Shown here: positions 25,869 to 34,788 of the stretch, piece after piece
Layout of the letters: every line of letters begins with the position of its first letter
How positions within the stretch are numbered: position 1 is the stretch's first letter
Assembly: GCA_035531295.1 (NCBI GenBank)
Contig: DATKTE010000294.1
Location: 1 to 35,072 of the forward strand
Direction of reading: 5' to 3'
DNA: 35,072 nt
From: Alphaproteobacteria bacterium
GTDB taxonomy: Bacteria; Pseudomonadota; Alphaproteobacteria; UBA9655
Notes under the pieces: model-generated
Told to the model about the DNA's origin: nothing
Seen by the model: only the letters and a program-made list of their open reading frames with translations
Database searches by the model: none
Position numbers and translations under genes: made by a program

Positions 25869-26984
25869 TTAAAGAGACGTCATGTAATCATGAACAGGCA
25901 GCTTGAGAATTTTTTCGGCGACTTCTTTGCTGAGCCCCGTGGCACCAGCTAAAGTTCCGGCACTAAAGTGTTTTGCCCCACTCAGCAGAGTCACTTCTGC
26001 CAAACCTTTTGATGCGTTAAACGCCTCATAGATTTCAAGAACGTCTGTGGATACATTCACATATGTATGGAACGTCCCAACAGGGATAAAGATTAAATCA
26101 CCTGGGTTGATGAGGACGTTATAGACAGTGCCCTCATGATTCATCATCGTAAAAAAGGCAGTTCCTTTATTTACAAATAAAACTGCATCCCCCGTTGTAT
26201 ACCAGTGTGGCTCACGTATCGCGCCGGGGTTGAGCAGAGTTTGTTGTAAGGCCATAGACTCCATGGCAGGGTTTGTATCTGCATCAATTCGTCTAATAGA
26301 TCCCAATTCGCTTTCATAAAGGGGCTTTCCTGCAAAGAAGTTGCCCGTAAAAGGGTCTGGAATAATTCTTTCTTCGGGAATAGATTCGGGATCATAGCTG
26401 CTTAAGCGGTTGTTTGTGCTCTTTTTAAGAGCCGTGATTTCCTCTGGCAAAAGTCCCAATGATCGTTCGAGCAAGGTATCTGGCAAGGCAGCCCACGCCG
26501 TTACAAAGTCCCTATCTGCCGCATTAGGGGAATTGTAGACAACGATAAAATCTAACTCAACATCTCCCACATTTTCGAGAGCATGTAGGGAGGCTTGGGG
26601 AATAAGCCACGTCCCATTTTTCTCAACCGTAAAGACCCTTGGTTTGTTCAATCCATCCCAAATAGTGATCTTCATTTTTCCCGTTAGGACGACACCGACT
26701 TCGATTGCATTTGCATGCCAATGGGGAACACGCATAGAATGATCATAGAGTTTGTAATAGAACAGAAGACCACTTAAACCCAAATCATCAAACTGTTGAG
26801 CTGTTTCAGAGTATCTAACCCCTGCTTTATTTTCATCAATTTTGCCGTCTTTATATAAATCAAGACAGTAAGGAAACGCGGATGATAGTTTTTTGCTTTC
26901 TTGATCTAAAAACAACTTGATCTTTTGCAAGGTTTCGCTTGAAACGACGTGACTTTGATCAGATAGAGTCGGCTGTTTATTCAT
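25869..26984 (-). CDS. Bicupin protein (oxalate oxidase/decarboxylase-like); only the N-terminal cupin has a full metal-ligand set
   Basis: Cupin 1 is PHWHANAIEVGVVLTG...ASLHALEN (H-x-H...E...H). Cupin 2 is PHWYTTGDAVLFVNKG...GTFHTYVN (degenerate). I prefer ATG 26984, 5 nt after the upstream stop, over 27032. Confidence 0.7.
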   Translation of the reverse strand: MNKQPTLSDQSHVVSSETLQKIKLFLDQESKKLSSAFPYCLDLYKDGKIDENKAGVRYSETAQQFDDLGLSGLLFYYKLYDHSMRVPHWHANAIEVGVVLTGKMKITIWDGLNKPRVFTVEKNGTWLIPQASLHALENVGDVELDFIVVYNSPNAADRDFVTAWAALPDTLLERSLGLLPEEITALKKSTNNRLSSYDPESIPEERIIPDPFTGNFFAGKPLYESELGSIRRIDADTNPAMESMALQQTLLNPGAIREPHWYTTGDAVLFVNKGTAFFTMMNHEGTVYNVLINPGDLIFIPVGTFHTYVNVSTDVLEIYEAFNASKGLAEVTLLSGAKHFSAGTLAGATGLSKEVAEKILKLPVHDYMTSL

Positions 26985-26989
26985 AGCAT

Positions 26990-27352
26990 CTACTCTTTGT
27001 CTAATTGAGAATTGGGATTTACAGGTTGACATCCTCTTAATCCCTTATGAGGATCATATTGGCAGGTGGAGGGAATTACGACCCCCTTTAAATATATTTG
27101 TCCTTCAGGTGGGCAGTAATGTCGTCCGATAAGATGATAACAACAGGACAAATACATTGGATGATTTTTAGTATTCCAAAATATGTGAGATAAAGCCACT
27201 GGCTGGCCTCTAAAATCTGCTTCATTAGCGCATGTGTAGCTATAGAAAGGTTCACCCTTTACATAATATGTTTCCTTTGTAATGAGAGAGCCATTTGCCA
27301 AGGTAGGAGTAATTTGCAGAGAAATTATAATAAAAGATAGCAAGATTCTCAT
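26990..27352 (-). CDS. Small secreted cysteine-rich protein (orphan)
   Basis: Signal peptide MRILLSFIIISLQITPTLA, six Cys in the mature ~100 aa, AGGAA SD. It is tightly coupled to the bicupin gene downstream. Confidence 0.6.
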   Translation of the reverse strand: MRILLSFIIISLQITPTLANGSLITKETYYVKGEPFYSYTCANEADFRGQPVALSHIFWNTKNHPMYLSCCYHLIGRHYCPPEGQIYLKGVVIPSTCQYDPHKGLRGCQPVNPNSQLDKE

Positions 27353-27561
27353 GATATTTCCTTTCAGTTTTTGTATACTTAAATATGATAAGAAATATGT
27401 ATTAATTATTAATTAAAAAAGCTTTATTCTTGCCGAATAGAAATGACAATTTACTGTTTTCACACATAAAAACTAACTCTTGACCAAATTTAGACATTGT
27501 CCTCTTTTATGAGGGGCATTATAAGAGAGATATACTCTTCACACTTGAGGGAACCTTATTT

Positions 27562-27657
27562 CTGGATCGCCACGCCCCCAAAGGGCGCTCGCGAAGACGA
27601 TGGTGGGAAACGTCCCCCAGCCGTCTTTGCGAGGAGTTTTGCTCCGAAGCAATCCAG
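27562..27657. repeat. Palindromic MITE/RPE-like element, family A, copy 3 (intergenic)
   Basis: CTGGATCGCCACGCC...CTCGCGAAGACGATGG...CCGTCTTTGCGAG...CCGAAGCAATCCAG. Confidence 0.8.
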
Positions 27658-27793
27658 GAATCTTCAGGTTTGTTAGGAATAGAAGTCGTTTCACTGTTTT
27701 ATTCTTTAAGAAAAATAACGTTATTTTTTAATGGAAAGAATTTTAGATAGGACATTCTTAAGAATAAGTTGTTGTTAATTAATGGAGTTATTG

Positions 27794-28222
27794 ATGAAGC
27801 TAATATTATTATGCATACTTTTCTTTGCATCCTATGTGACGACTAGTCATGCAATGGAGGGAAAAGAAAACCAAGAAAAGGATAGGCAATCTCTTCCCAC
27901 AAAGCTTGTCGAGAAACAAGTAAAAGATTTTTTAATAGACAATATTAATGAAATACTTATAAAGGGCAGCCCGCAGTATTCGTATGCAGATAAGACATGG
28001 AAGTTCCGATGTTCTCTGAACTTCTTTAATGAATGGAAGCGTCAAAATGAGGATCGTACGATCTCAGACATGATTTCTTCTCATGATCTTATCCTTTATC
28101 CCAGCATAGCTCCTCAAGAGGATAATGGTACGTCGTATGCTCATAAGAACAATAATTTTTTAGTTTTTATCGGAAACGATGGACGAAATGTATTAATTTT
28201 AGATATGGATAGAGTTAATTAA
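27794..28222 (+). CDS. Hypothetical secreted protein (orphan)
   Basis: MKLILLCILFFASYVTTSHA is a signal peptide. GGAG lies 7 nt before ATG 27794. No family recognised. Confidence 0.55.
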   Translation: MKLILLCILFFASYVTTSHAMEGKENQEKDRQSLPTKLVEKQVKDFLIDNINEILIKGSPQYSYADKTWKFRCSLNFFNEWKRQNEDRTISDMISSHDLILYPSIAPQEDNGTSYAHKNNNFLVFIGNDGRNVLILDMDRVN

Positions 28223-28236
28223 AAGGCTAGTTATCC

Positions 28237-28815
28237 TCAGTATTGCCGAACTGGTGATACTGAAGTATCCCTTGCAACCACCCCTTCTTCCGTCAAGAGA
28301 TAATCTAGAGCAAAATCATGCGCTTGTCGGGGGATTTGTTCTACTTCTTGACCTTTGAAGCCAACGCCAATTGTTAGCACTTTATGTTGGTGAAGAAACC
28401 GATCAAAATGCCCCTGACCATAGCCTAATCGATGGCCTTCATGGTCAAAAGCTAATAGAGGAACAAGCAAAACATGGGGAATAAGAACGGGTGCTGTTGA
28501 AGGGGGCTCAAGAGCTTGGAATAAACCCTCTTCAAGGTGTGTTAAGGGCGTCCATTCGCGAAAGATAAGACCATCTGATGTGATATGGGGGAGAGCACAC
28601 CTGAAGTTCTGTTCAAAAAGTTTACTTAAAAGAGGTCTGATATCAAGCTCACTTCTCATTGGCCAATAGCCACCCACAATTGTGCCTTCGGTCAAGTTAA
28701 AAGAGTTAAAAAAGTGAGCCGTAATTTTTACACCCGCATTGGGATGTTCTTGAAAAAGGAGGCGGCGCTTTTCTTTCATAACAACCCGCAGTATTTTTTT
28801 TTGAGAAGCAGGCAT
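28237..28815 (-). CDS. ygfA: 5-formyltetrahydrofolate cyclo-ligase
   Basis: KKILRVVMKEKRR..., GGYWPMRSELDIRPLL, and LLVPLLAFDHEGHRLGYGQGHFDRFL (the GYG.G.YDR motif region). Confidence 0.85.
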   Translation of the reverse strand: MPASQKKILRVVMKEKRRLLFQEHPNAGVKITAHFFNSFNLTEGTIVGGYWPMRSELDIRPLLSKLFEQNFRCALPHITSDGLIFREWTPLTHLEEGLFQALEPPSTAPVLIPHVLLVPLLAFDHEGHRLGYGQGHFDRFLHQHKVLTIGVGFKGQEVEQIPRQAHDFALDYLLTEEGVVARDTSVSPVRQY

Positions 28816-28860
28816 GAGGGCGTCCTCGCATAATGAAAGCTTTTAAAAATAAAGCTCTTG

Positions 28861-28884
28861 AAAATGTTTCACGTGAAACAATTT
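28861..28884. repeat. Second copy of the TGTTTCACGTGAAACA palindrome (AAAATGTTTCACGTGAAACAATTT)
   Basis: The 16-bp core 28865-28880 is identical to copy 1, with one mismatch in the flanking arms. It sits between the candidate 6S RNA and the cyclo-ligase start. On the minus strand the hairpin is followed by UUUUC. Confidence 0.7.
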
Positions 28885-29055
28885 TGTGTGGAAGAGGGCG
28901 CCGCAAAGACCGTCAGCGATATTTATCCTCGTGTGGCCCGCATGTGCAGGTGGGCGCCATTTGCCAAAATCCACGGATTAAGACGAAAACAGCTCCCTTA
29001 AGGAAGTTATCGGCCCCAGGGAAATGCACGCTTAACGCATCCCACAGCAACCCTC
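28885..29055 (-). ncRNA. ssrS: Candidate 6S RNA (SsrS)
   Basis: A 261-bp gap with no credible ORF lies immediately upstream of, and co-oriented with, the 5-formyl-THF cyclo-ligase gene, which is the classic ssrS-ygfA linkage. It forms a GC-rich island. By hand, a long imperfect closing helix pairs 29046-29040 UGUGGGA with 28893-28887 UUCCACA, 29029-29026 GUGC with 28901-28898 GCGC, and 29019-29011 CUGGGGCCG with 28912-28904 CGGUCUUUG. Beyond it lie a large internal bubble and an apical hairpin (28959-28934). The segment CCCUGGGGCCGAUAACUU resembles E. coli 6S CCCUGAGCCGAUAUUU (from memory). Ends are approximate. Confidence 0.45.
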
Positions 29056-29076
29056 ATTTGTTATCTAAGCATAAAT

Positions 29077-30165
29077 TCATGAAACTGCAAGATCAGATTC
29101 AGAAAGAATTTCTACCTCAAGTTTTTTCCTGTAATAATCCGTCCCCAGCAAATAGTCGATAAAGAACCCTTGTTTTTCGTTACTCATTTCAGTCCACTCA
29201 AAAGAGGTGAAATTTTCTTTCAAAAACGCTAAGAGCTTGAGCCCCAGGGAAAAGGCATCGAGCTTGGCAAAATCAGTAACGAAGAGCTGAGCTCCTTGGC
29301 ATTCTTTTCCTTTAAGTTCACCAGACTGAGGCAAGAAAATGAGTGGACGAGCGCGAATGCCATCCATGCCATTGATAAAATCCACAAGATTGTGATGATT
29401 CAACCCAGGAGCCCCAAGACAAGTGAAAGGGAGACTTGTTCCTCTGCCTTCTGAAACATTTGTTCCTTCCAAGAGGACAAGCGCAGGATAGAGAAGAACG
29501 GAATCCCATGAGGGAAGGTTAGGAGAGGGGGGAATCCAAGGATATTTATAAGGGGTATGATCATGTTGGCAGGGCATCACCGTTAACGGCAATTGACTGT
29601 GAGATGTATTAAAGCTGGTGAGGAGTTCTCCCATTGTTTGACCATGTTGAAAGGGGACATCTAAATACCCCACAAAAGAACGGAAATTGGGGTCAAGCCT
29701 TGGCCCTTTACACTTTGACCCGAGAGGGTTTGGTCGATCACAAACCAGGATCTCAAGTGAGTAGGAAGAAGAAATTTCCAATATCTTTGCGCACGTTGCT
29801 GTGTAGGTGTAGCAACGCAAACCCACATCCTGGAGGTCAATGATAAGCGTATCTATGTCGATTTCACCAAGCGTTTTTTGATTTCCCCCATAGAGGCTGA
29901 AGACGGGGATTCCGAGTTGGGAATCGAATCCATCTGCTACTTTTACCCCCTCTGGAATGAACCCACTCCAGCCATGCTCAGGTGTCAGAATACATGTCAG
30001 GGCGTTTCCCAACCTCTCTGATAAGGCCAGAGCAGTCGGTTTATAATCTTGTGTAAGGGCACTCTGGTTGGTGAGAAGGCCAACTTTTTTCTTCGAAAGA
30101 AGTTGAAGCAAGTCCTCATTTTTGAGAAGAAGATCGATTCCTGTGGGGGGGAGATTATGGGGCAT
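29077..30165 (-). CDS. DUF1343 family protein (YzbB/NamZ-like exo-muramidase family)
   Basis: 362 aa. The N-terminal KVGLLTNQSALTQD, ...PEHGW.G and ...DLQDVG.R.YTY pattern is typical of DUF1343. Confidence 0.7.
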   Translation of the reverse strand: MPHNLPPTGIDLLLKNEDLLQLLSKKKVGLLTNQSALTQDYKPTALALSERLGNALTCILTPEHGWSGFIPEGVKVADGFDSQLGIPVFSLYGGNQKTLGEIDIDTLIIDLQDVGLRCYTYTATCAKILEISSSYSLEILVCDRPNPLGSKCKGPRLDPNFRSFVGYLDVPFQHGQTMGELLTSFNTSHSQLPLTVMPCQHDHTPYKYPWIPPSPNLPSWDSVLLYPALVLLEGTNVSEGRGTSLPFTCLGAPGLNHHNLVDFINGMDGIRARPLIFLPQSGELKGKECQGAQLFVTDFAKLDAFSLGLKLLAFLKENFTSFEWTEMSNEKQGFFIDYLLGTDYYRKKLEVEILSESDLAVS

Positions 30166-30258
30166 GGGTCTGTATTACATGTATGGGTTGTGTCATGGTA
30201 AGATTCTTAAATAACCCACCATATTTTGCAACCCTCAGTCCTCATTCTGAAAATAACT

Positions 30259-30299
30259 TGTTTTCTCTTTCAAAAAAGTATAGATTATGTATATACATA
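30259..30299 (+). promoter_or_regulatory. Putative mazEF promoter with overlapping 14-bp palindromic operator
   Basis: TTGTTT-N17-TAGATT is followed directly by the perfect palindrome TATGTATATACATA (30286-30299), 15 nt before the mazE start. TA operons are typically autoregulated at such palindromes. Confidence 0.4.
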
Positions 30300-30313
30300 A
30301 AGAGGTATATCAG

Positions 30314-30544
30314 ATGCATATGAATGTTATAAAATGGGGAAACAGCTTAGGAGTAAGGATTCCCCGTGCTTTTGCGAATAAAATTGGTATTCATGAAGGG
30401 AATTCTGTAGAGGTTTCCCTTCAGGATCATTCAATCCTTATCAGAAAAGCCTATACGCTTAAATCAATGTTGGATCAGGTTACTCCTGAAAACATTCACA
30501 ATGAAATTCAGATGGGCCCAGCCCGTGGTGAAGAACTTTGGTAA
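30314..30544 (+). CDS. mazE: MazE-type antitoxin (AbrB/SpoVT fold)
   Basis: MHMNVIKWGNSLGVRIPRAFANKIGIHEGNSVEV is a canonical swapped-hairpin N-terminus. AGAGG SD precedes ATG 30314. Confidence 0.85.
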   Translation: MHMNVIKWGNSLGVRIPRAFANKIGIHEGNSVEVSLQDHSILIRKAYTLKSMLDQVTPENIHNEIQMGPARGEELW

Positions 30545-30888
30545 AGAGTAACTCCTATGTCCCAGGGCAAGGCGATATTGTATGGATAGAACTTGATCCT
30601 AGCCTTGGTTCGGAAATGAAAAAGACGCGCCCCGCTGTCGTTGTTTCCCCTTTAAGCTATAATAAAAAAGTAGGGCTAGCTTTGATGTGTCCTATAACAA
30701 GCCACCAAAAAGGGTATCCATTTGAGGTAGAATTGTCATCAAAGACGAACATAAAAGGTGCTATTTTATCCGATCAAGTTAAAAGTTTGGATTGGAGAGC
30801 AAGAAAAGCCAAATTCGAAGAAAAAGTTCCACAAGATGTTATTGTAGAAGTAATTGAAAAGATTTCTGCCCTTCTTGAACTTTCTTGA
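30538..30888 (+). CDS. mazF: MazF/PemK endoribonuclease toxin
   Basis: YVPGQGDIVWIELDPSLGSEMKKTRPAVVVSPLSYNKKVGLALMCPITSHQKGYPFEV...LSDQVKSLDWRARKA is collinear with E. coli MazF (YVPDMGDLIWVDFDPTKGSEQAGHRPAVVLSP...QSKGYPFEV...ADQVKSIAWRARGA). TTG start overlaps the mazE stop. Confidence 0.9.
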   Translation: MVKSNSYVPGQGDIVWIELDPSLGSEMKKTRPAVVVSPLSYNKKVGLALMCPITSHQKGYPFEVELSSKTNIKGAILSDQVKSLDWRARKAKFEEKVPQDVIVEVIEKISALLELS

Positions 30889-30949
30889 ATAAACAATCAT
30901 CCTCGTTAAGCCTTAAAAATGGCTATTACAAGATTGAAAGAGGTTCGAG

Positions 30950-31225
30950 ATGCTTAAATATGAATCCTTCCGGAAAAAGCTTTTATCCGATCCTGAGGTT
31001 TTGAGAGAATTTGAGGCTCATAAAGCAGAGTTTGAAGTAGCGCAGGCTCTTATTAAATCCAGACTTGCAGCAAAAATGACACAAGTTGAAGTAGCTAAAC
31101 ATATGCATACGTCGCAATCTCAGATCGCCCGTTTAGAAAGTGGGGCGCATTTTCCAAGTCTCTAAACCCTTCACAAATACGCCCGAGCGATTAACCGTCC
31201 AATATCTCTCAAAATATTACCGTAA
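30950..31225 (+). pseudogene. XRE-family HTH antitoxin-like gene interrupted by an in-frame TAA (31163-31165); no cognate toxin adjacent
   Basis: ...MTQVEVAKHMHTSQSQIARLESGAHFPSL-TAA-TLHKYARAINRPISLKILP-TAA. The post-stop frame continues the usual PSL.TL.KYA.AL...L.I helix-5 consensus. Confidence 0.6.
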
Positions 31226-31303
31226 AGCTTTTCATTCCCCAATGAGGCCTATAATCGTGAACAACCCCTTGCTGCGAAGATAATATTGAAGTAAAAAACA
31301 ATC

Positions 31304-33301
31304 ATGATAGATGCATTTCCCCAATCGTTCACAGAACACAAATTTCAGACAATGGCAAATGCCATACGGGTCCTTACTATGGATGCGGTGGAGCGCGCCC
31401 ATTCTGGTCACCCCGGGATGCCTATGGGAATGGCGGATGTGGCAACTGTCCTGTTTTCAAAGTTTTTGAAGTTTGATGCGTCATCTCCCCAGTGGCCGGA
31501 TCGGGATCGCTTTGTTTTATCCGCAGGCCACGGGTCTATGCTGCTTTATGCTCTTTTGTATTTGACGGGCTATAAAGATATGACGATCGAAGAAATCAAA
31601 AACTTTCGTCAATGGGGAAGCCGTACAGCAGGTCATCCTGAGTATGGGCATGCCGCTGGAATTGAGACAACGACAGGGCCTTTAGGGCAAGGACTTGGAA
31701 ATGCGGTAGGGATGGCACTTGCTGAAAAAATGATGCGCGCCCAATTCGGGGAAGAGCTCGTTGATCACAAGATTTATACGATTGTCGGAGATGGCTGTCT
31801 TATGGAAGGTCTCTCCCATGAAGCGATTTCCTTAGCGGGCCATCTATCTCTTAATAATCTTATTGTTCTTTTCGATGACAATCACATATCCATTGATGGC
31901 CCGACGGAGCTTGCCGTCACAGACGATCAGCTGGAACGTTTTAAGGCGTCTCACTGGGAAGTTATGGCCATCGATGGCCACAACTTTATGGAGATTGAAG
32001 CGGCACTTCAACGCGCCCAAACCGCGACAAAGCCCGTTCTTATTGCCTGTAAGACGCAGATTGCTAAAGGCTCTCCTCATAAGGCAGGGACATCGGCCGT
32101 TCATGGGTCTCCCTTGGGAGAGGAAGAGGTTCAAGCGACACGTGACAACCTCAATTGGGCTTTTGAGCCTTTTGTCATTCCTGAGGAGATTCTATCGGCC
32201 TGGCGAGAATTTGGGAGTAGGGGCCATGAGGCCCATCAAGCTTGGAAGCAACGCCTGGCTGAAAATCCTAAAAAAGCAGAATTTGAACGCCGAATTAAAG
32301 GGAACTTGCCCTCAGACTGGCAGGCCCCTCTTCAGGTGCTACTTGAAAAATTTGTGGCTGAGAGAACAAGTGTTGCGAGTCGCCAGTCTTCTCAAATGGT
32401 TTTGGATGTTTTGTCCCCTGAGCTTCCTGAACTCGTTGGAGGATCTGCAGATTTAACAGGCTCTAACAATACGAAAGCCAAAGACATGGTGGATGTTCGT
32501 CCTGGTGATTATATGGGGCGTTATATTCATTATGGGGTCAGAGAACATGGAATGGCGGCAGCCATGAATGGCATCGCTCTGCACGGCGGCCTGATTCCCT
32601 ATGGCGGCACATTCTTGATGTTTTCGGATTATTGCAGGCCCGCTATTCGCCTTTCTGCACTGATGGGCATTCGGGTTATTTATGTGATGACCCATGATTC
32701 CATCGGTCTTGGGGAAGATGGTCCCACCCATCAGCCTATTGAACAACTCGCGTCTTTAAGAGCCATTCCCAATTTGCTGGTTTTTCGTCCCGCAGATGCG
32801 GTAGAAGTTGCAGAATGCTGGGCTTTAGCACTGGAATCAGAAAAAATGCCGTCGATTTTAGCCCTGACTCGGCAAAATCTCCCTCTATTGCGACAGGATG
32901 TTTCCCAAAACTTTTCCGCAAAAGGTGCTTATGTTTTAAAGGAGTCTAAGGGAAAACGTGAAGTAACCATTCTTGCCACCGGTTCTGAAGTGGCCATTGC
33001 CGTTAAAGCCCAAGAGGCCCTAGAGGCTAAGGGAATTGCGACCGCGGTTGTTTCCATGCCGTGTTGGGAGCTTTTTGATAAACAAGATCAGACCTATCAA
33101 AACGCTGTCTTGGGCAAGGATACGTTCCGTGTTGCGATTGAAGCCGCAATTCCTATGGGATGGGAGAAATATATTGGAGAAAAAGGGGCTATGATCGGAA
33201 TGCATAGCTTTGGAGCTTCTGCCCCTGCTGAAATCCTTTATCGCGAATTTGGATTTACAGCTGATCACATCGTTAAAATTGTTGAAGGAAGAAAATCATG
33301 A
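31304..33301 (+). CDS. tkt: Transketolase
   Basis: [37 protein letters not shown], the [27 protein letters not shown] motifs, and 665 aa. The start could be M17 (31352). Confidence 0.95.
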   Translation: MIDAFPQSFTEHKFQTMANAIRVLTMDAVERAHSGHPGMPMGMADVATVLFSKFLKFDASSPQWPDRDRFVLSAGHGSMLLYALLYLTGYKDMTIEEIKNFRQWGSRTAGHPEYGHAAGIETTTGPLGQGLGNAVGMALAEKMMRAQFGEELVDHKIYTIVGDGCLMEGLSHEAISLAGHLSLNNLIVLFDDNHISIDGPTELAVTDDQLERFKASHWEVMAIDGHNFMEIEAALQRAQTATKPVLIACKTQIAKGSPHKAGTSAVHGSPLGEEEVQATRDNLNWAFEPFVIPEEILSAWREFGSRGHEAHQAWKQRLAENPKKAEFERRIKGNLPSDWQAPLQVLLEKFVAERTSVASRQSSQMVLDVLSPELPELVGGSADLTGSNNTKAKDMVDVRPGDYMGRYIHYGVREHGMAAAMNGIALHGGLIPYGGTFLMFSDYCRPAIRLSALMGIRVIYVMTHDSIGLGEDGPTHQPIEQLASLRAIPNLLVFRPADAVEVAECWALALESEKMPSILALTRQNLPLLRQDVSQNFSAKGAYVLKESKGKREVTILATGSEVAIAVKAQEALEAKGIATAVVSMPCWELFDKQDQTYQNAVLGKDTFRVAIEAAIPMGWEKYIGEKGAMIGMHSFGASAPAEILYREFGFTADHIVKIVEGRKS

Positions 33302-34302
33302 CTTGTAAAGTTGCTATTAATGGATTTGGCCGCATTGGAAGGCTCGTTTTAAGAGCCATTCTTGAAAATCGACGCTCGGATATTGAGGTCGTTGCAATCA
33401 ACGACTTAGGTTCAATTGAGGGTAACGCCCATCTCTTCAAGTATGATTCTGTCCATGGACCCTTTCCTGGAACGGTTGAGGTTCTTGCCGACGGCCTTAA
33501 AATTAATGGTCAGTTTATTAAAGTCCTTGCAAATCCAGATCCAGCGGCTTTGCCATGGCAAGAGCTTGGCGTTGATGTCGCTATGGAGTGTTCGGGTCGG
33601 TTTACCAAAAGAGAAGATGCTTCAAAACATCTGACAGCGGGCGCCAAAAAAGTTCTTATTTCAGCCCCAGCAGAAGGCGCGGACTTAACGGTTGTTTGGG
33701 GCGTGAACGATAAAGACTTAAAGCCTGAGCACAAGGTTGTTTCCAATGCCTCCTGTACCACCAATTGCTTGGCACCGGTTGCTTACATTCTTAATAAAAA
33801 ACTTGGGATTCAGCATGGATTTATGACAACCATCCATTCTTACACGGGAGATCAAAGTCTTGTGGACACCATCCACAAGGATTTAAGACGCGCTCGTGCA
33901 GCTACCCTTTCCATGATTCCCTCTTCAACGGGTGCCACAAAAGCGGTAGGCCTTGTGCTTCCTGAACTAAAGGGAAAGCTCGATGGAACATCAATCCGCG
34001 TCCCGACCCCAAATGTGTCCTTGGTGGACTTTAAATTCGTTTCAAAACGCCCGACCTCTAAATCCGAAATCAATGGATTCATGGCCGAAGCTGCTGAAGG
34101 GGAATTAAAGGGGGTTCTTGCCGTTAATGATGAGCCCTTGGTTTCCTGTGATTTTAACCATAACCCGGCAAGTTCCATTTTTGATATCACCGAAACCTTC
34201 GTCGTTGATGGGACCTTCTGCCGCATTCTAACGTGGTATGACAACGAATGGGGTTTTTCAAACCGTATGGCAGATACAGCTGTTGCGATGGGGAAGATGT
34301 AG
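33298..34302 (+). CDS. gap: Type I glyceraldehyde-3-phosphate dehydrogenase
   Basis: [44 protein letters not shown] overlap with the tkt stop. Confidence 0.95.
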   Translation: MTCKVAINGFGRIGRLVLRAILENRRSDIEVVAINDLGSIEGNAHLFKYDSVHGPFPGTVEVLADGLKINGQFIKVLANPDPAALPWQELGVDVAMECSGRFTKREDASKHLTAGAKKVLISAPAEGADLTVVWGVNDKDLKPEHKVVSNASCTTNCLAPVAYILNKKLGIQHGFMTTIHSYTGDQSLVDTIHKDLRRARAATLSMIPSSTGATKAVGLVLPELKGKLDGTSIRVPTPNVSLVDFKFVSKRPTSKSEINGFMAEAAEGELKGVLAVNDEPLVSCDFNHNPASSIFDITETFVVDGTFCRILTWYDNEWGFSNRMADTAVAMGKM

Positions 34303-34535
34303 AATCAATTTATTTCTTTCTGCACATAAGTTAGCATCTCAACCCAAAGCGCCTCTCGGCAGAAGTTTTTTCTCACTCAAAGACGAAAAAAGCAACGTGC
34401 CAGGGAGTCAAGTTAACGGCAGAAAAGGTTTACCGCAGCCTGACATTCGCTTTTTAATGAAGAAGCTTTATGTGAACCGTGTGGATCATTTACTCTATTC
34501 AAAATATTCGCGCTTCTTCACACGTCGTTATGCAC

Positions 34536-34788
34536 GTATTATACCATTTAGGAAAAATAAACTGACTAACCCCCGATGCGTCATCCCGGAATTTAAAAAC
34601 CCTTCGCGACCCCTTTTAGGGGAAGCGTTAGGGTTTTTTAATATCCGGGACCCAGAAAATGCTTTGAATTACATAAAATCCTGGGTCCGGGATATTAAGA
34701 AAAGCTAGCGCTCACACACGTTCGCTTACCTTTTCTAAATTCTGGGATGACGCCGTGTGGTTAGGTTAATTAATCAAAATGGTATTAC
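34536..34788. repeat. 253-bp composite nested palindrome (family B element(s))
   Basis: Three tiers of inverted repeats. Outer: GTATTATACCATTT / AAATGGTATTAC. Middle: CTAACCCCCGATGCGTCATCCCGGAATTT (34566-34594) / AAATTCTGGGATGACGCCGTGTGGTTAG (34737-34764). Inner: AATATCCGGGACCCAG (34640-34655) / CTGGGTCCGGGATATT (34681-34696) around a 25-nt loop. Each arm also carries its own local hairpin. Confidence 0.75.

Noticed and set aside
28833-29162. 109-aa plus-strand ORF spanning the cyclo-ligase/DUF1343 spacer.
   Set aside because: It is Arg/Lys/Cys-rich nonsense with no SD, and it overlaps the DUF1343 3' end antisense. The spacer is better explained as a structured RNA (6S-like) on the minus strand.
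31863-32456. 197-aa plus-strand ORF and several antisense ORFs inside tkt, with similar ones inside the kinase (13556-13831, 14336-14719), the cyclase (8921-9325, 10311-10493), comM (21760-22155, 22188-22479), gap (33852-34244) and the AI-2E transporter gene (18783-19204).
   Set aside because: These are alternate-frame or antisense shadows of strongly supported genes, with atypical composition and no motifs.
34238-34708. 156-aa ORF overlapping the end of gap and running into the intergenic region.
   Set aside because: It starts inside gap in another frame and is carried by the left arm of the 253-bp palindrome. It has no recognisable domain and a basic, low-complexity composition.
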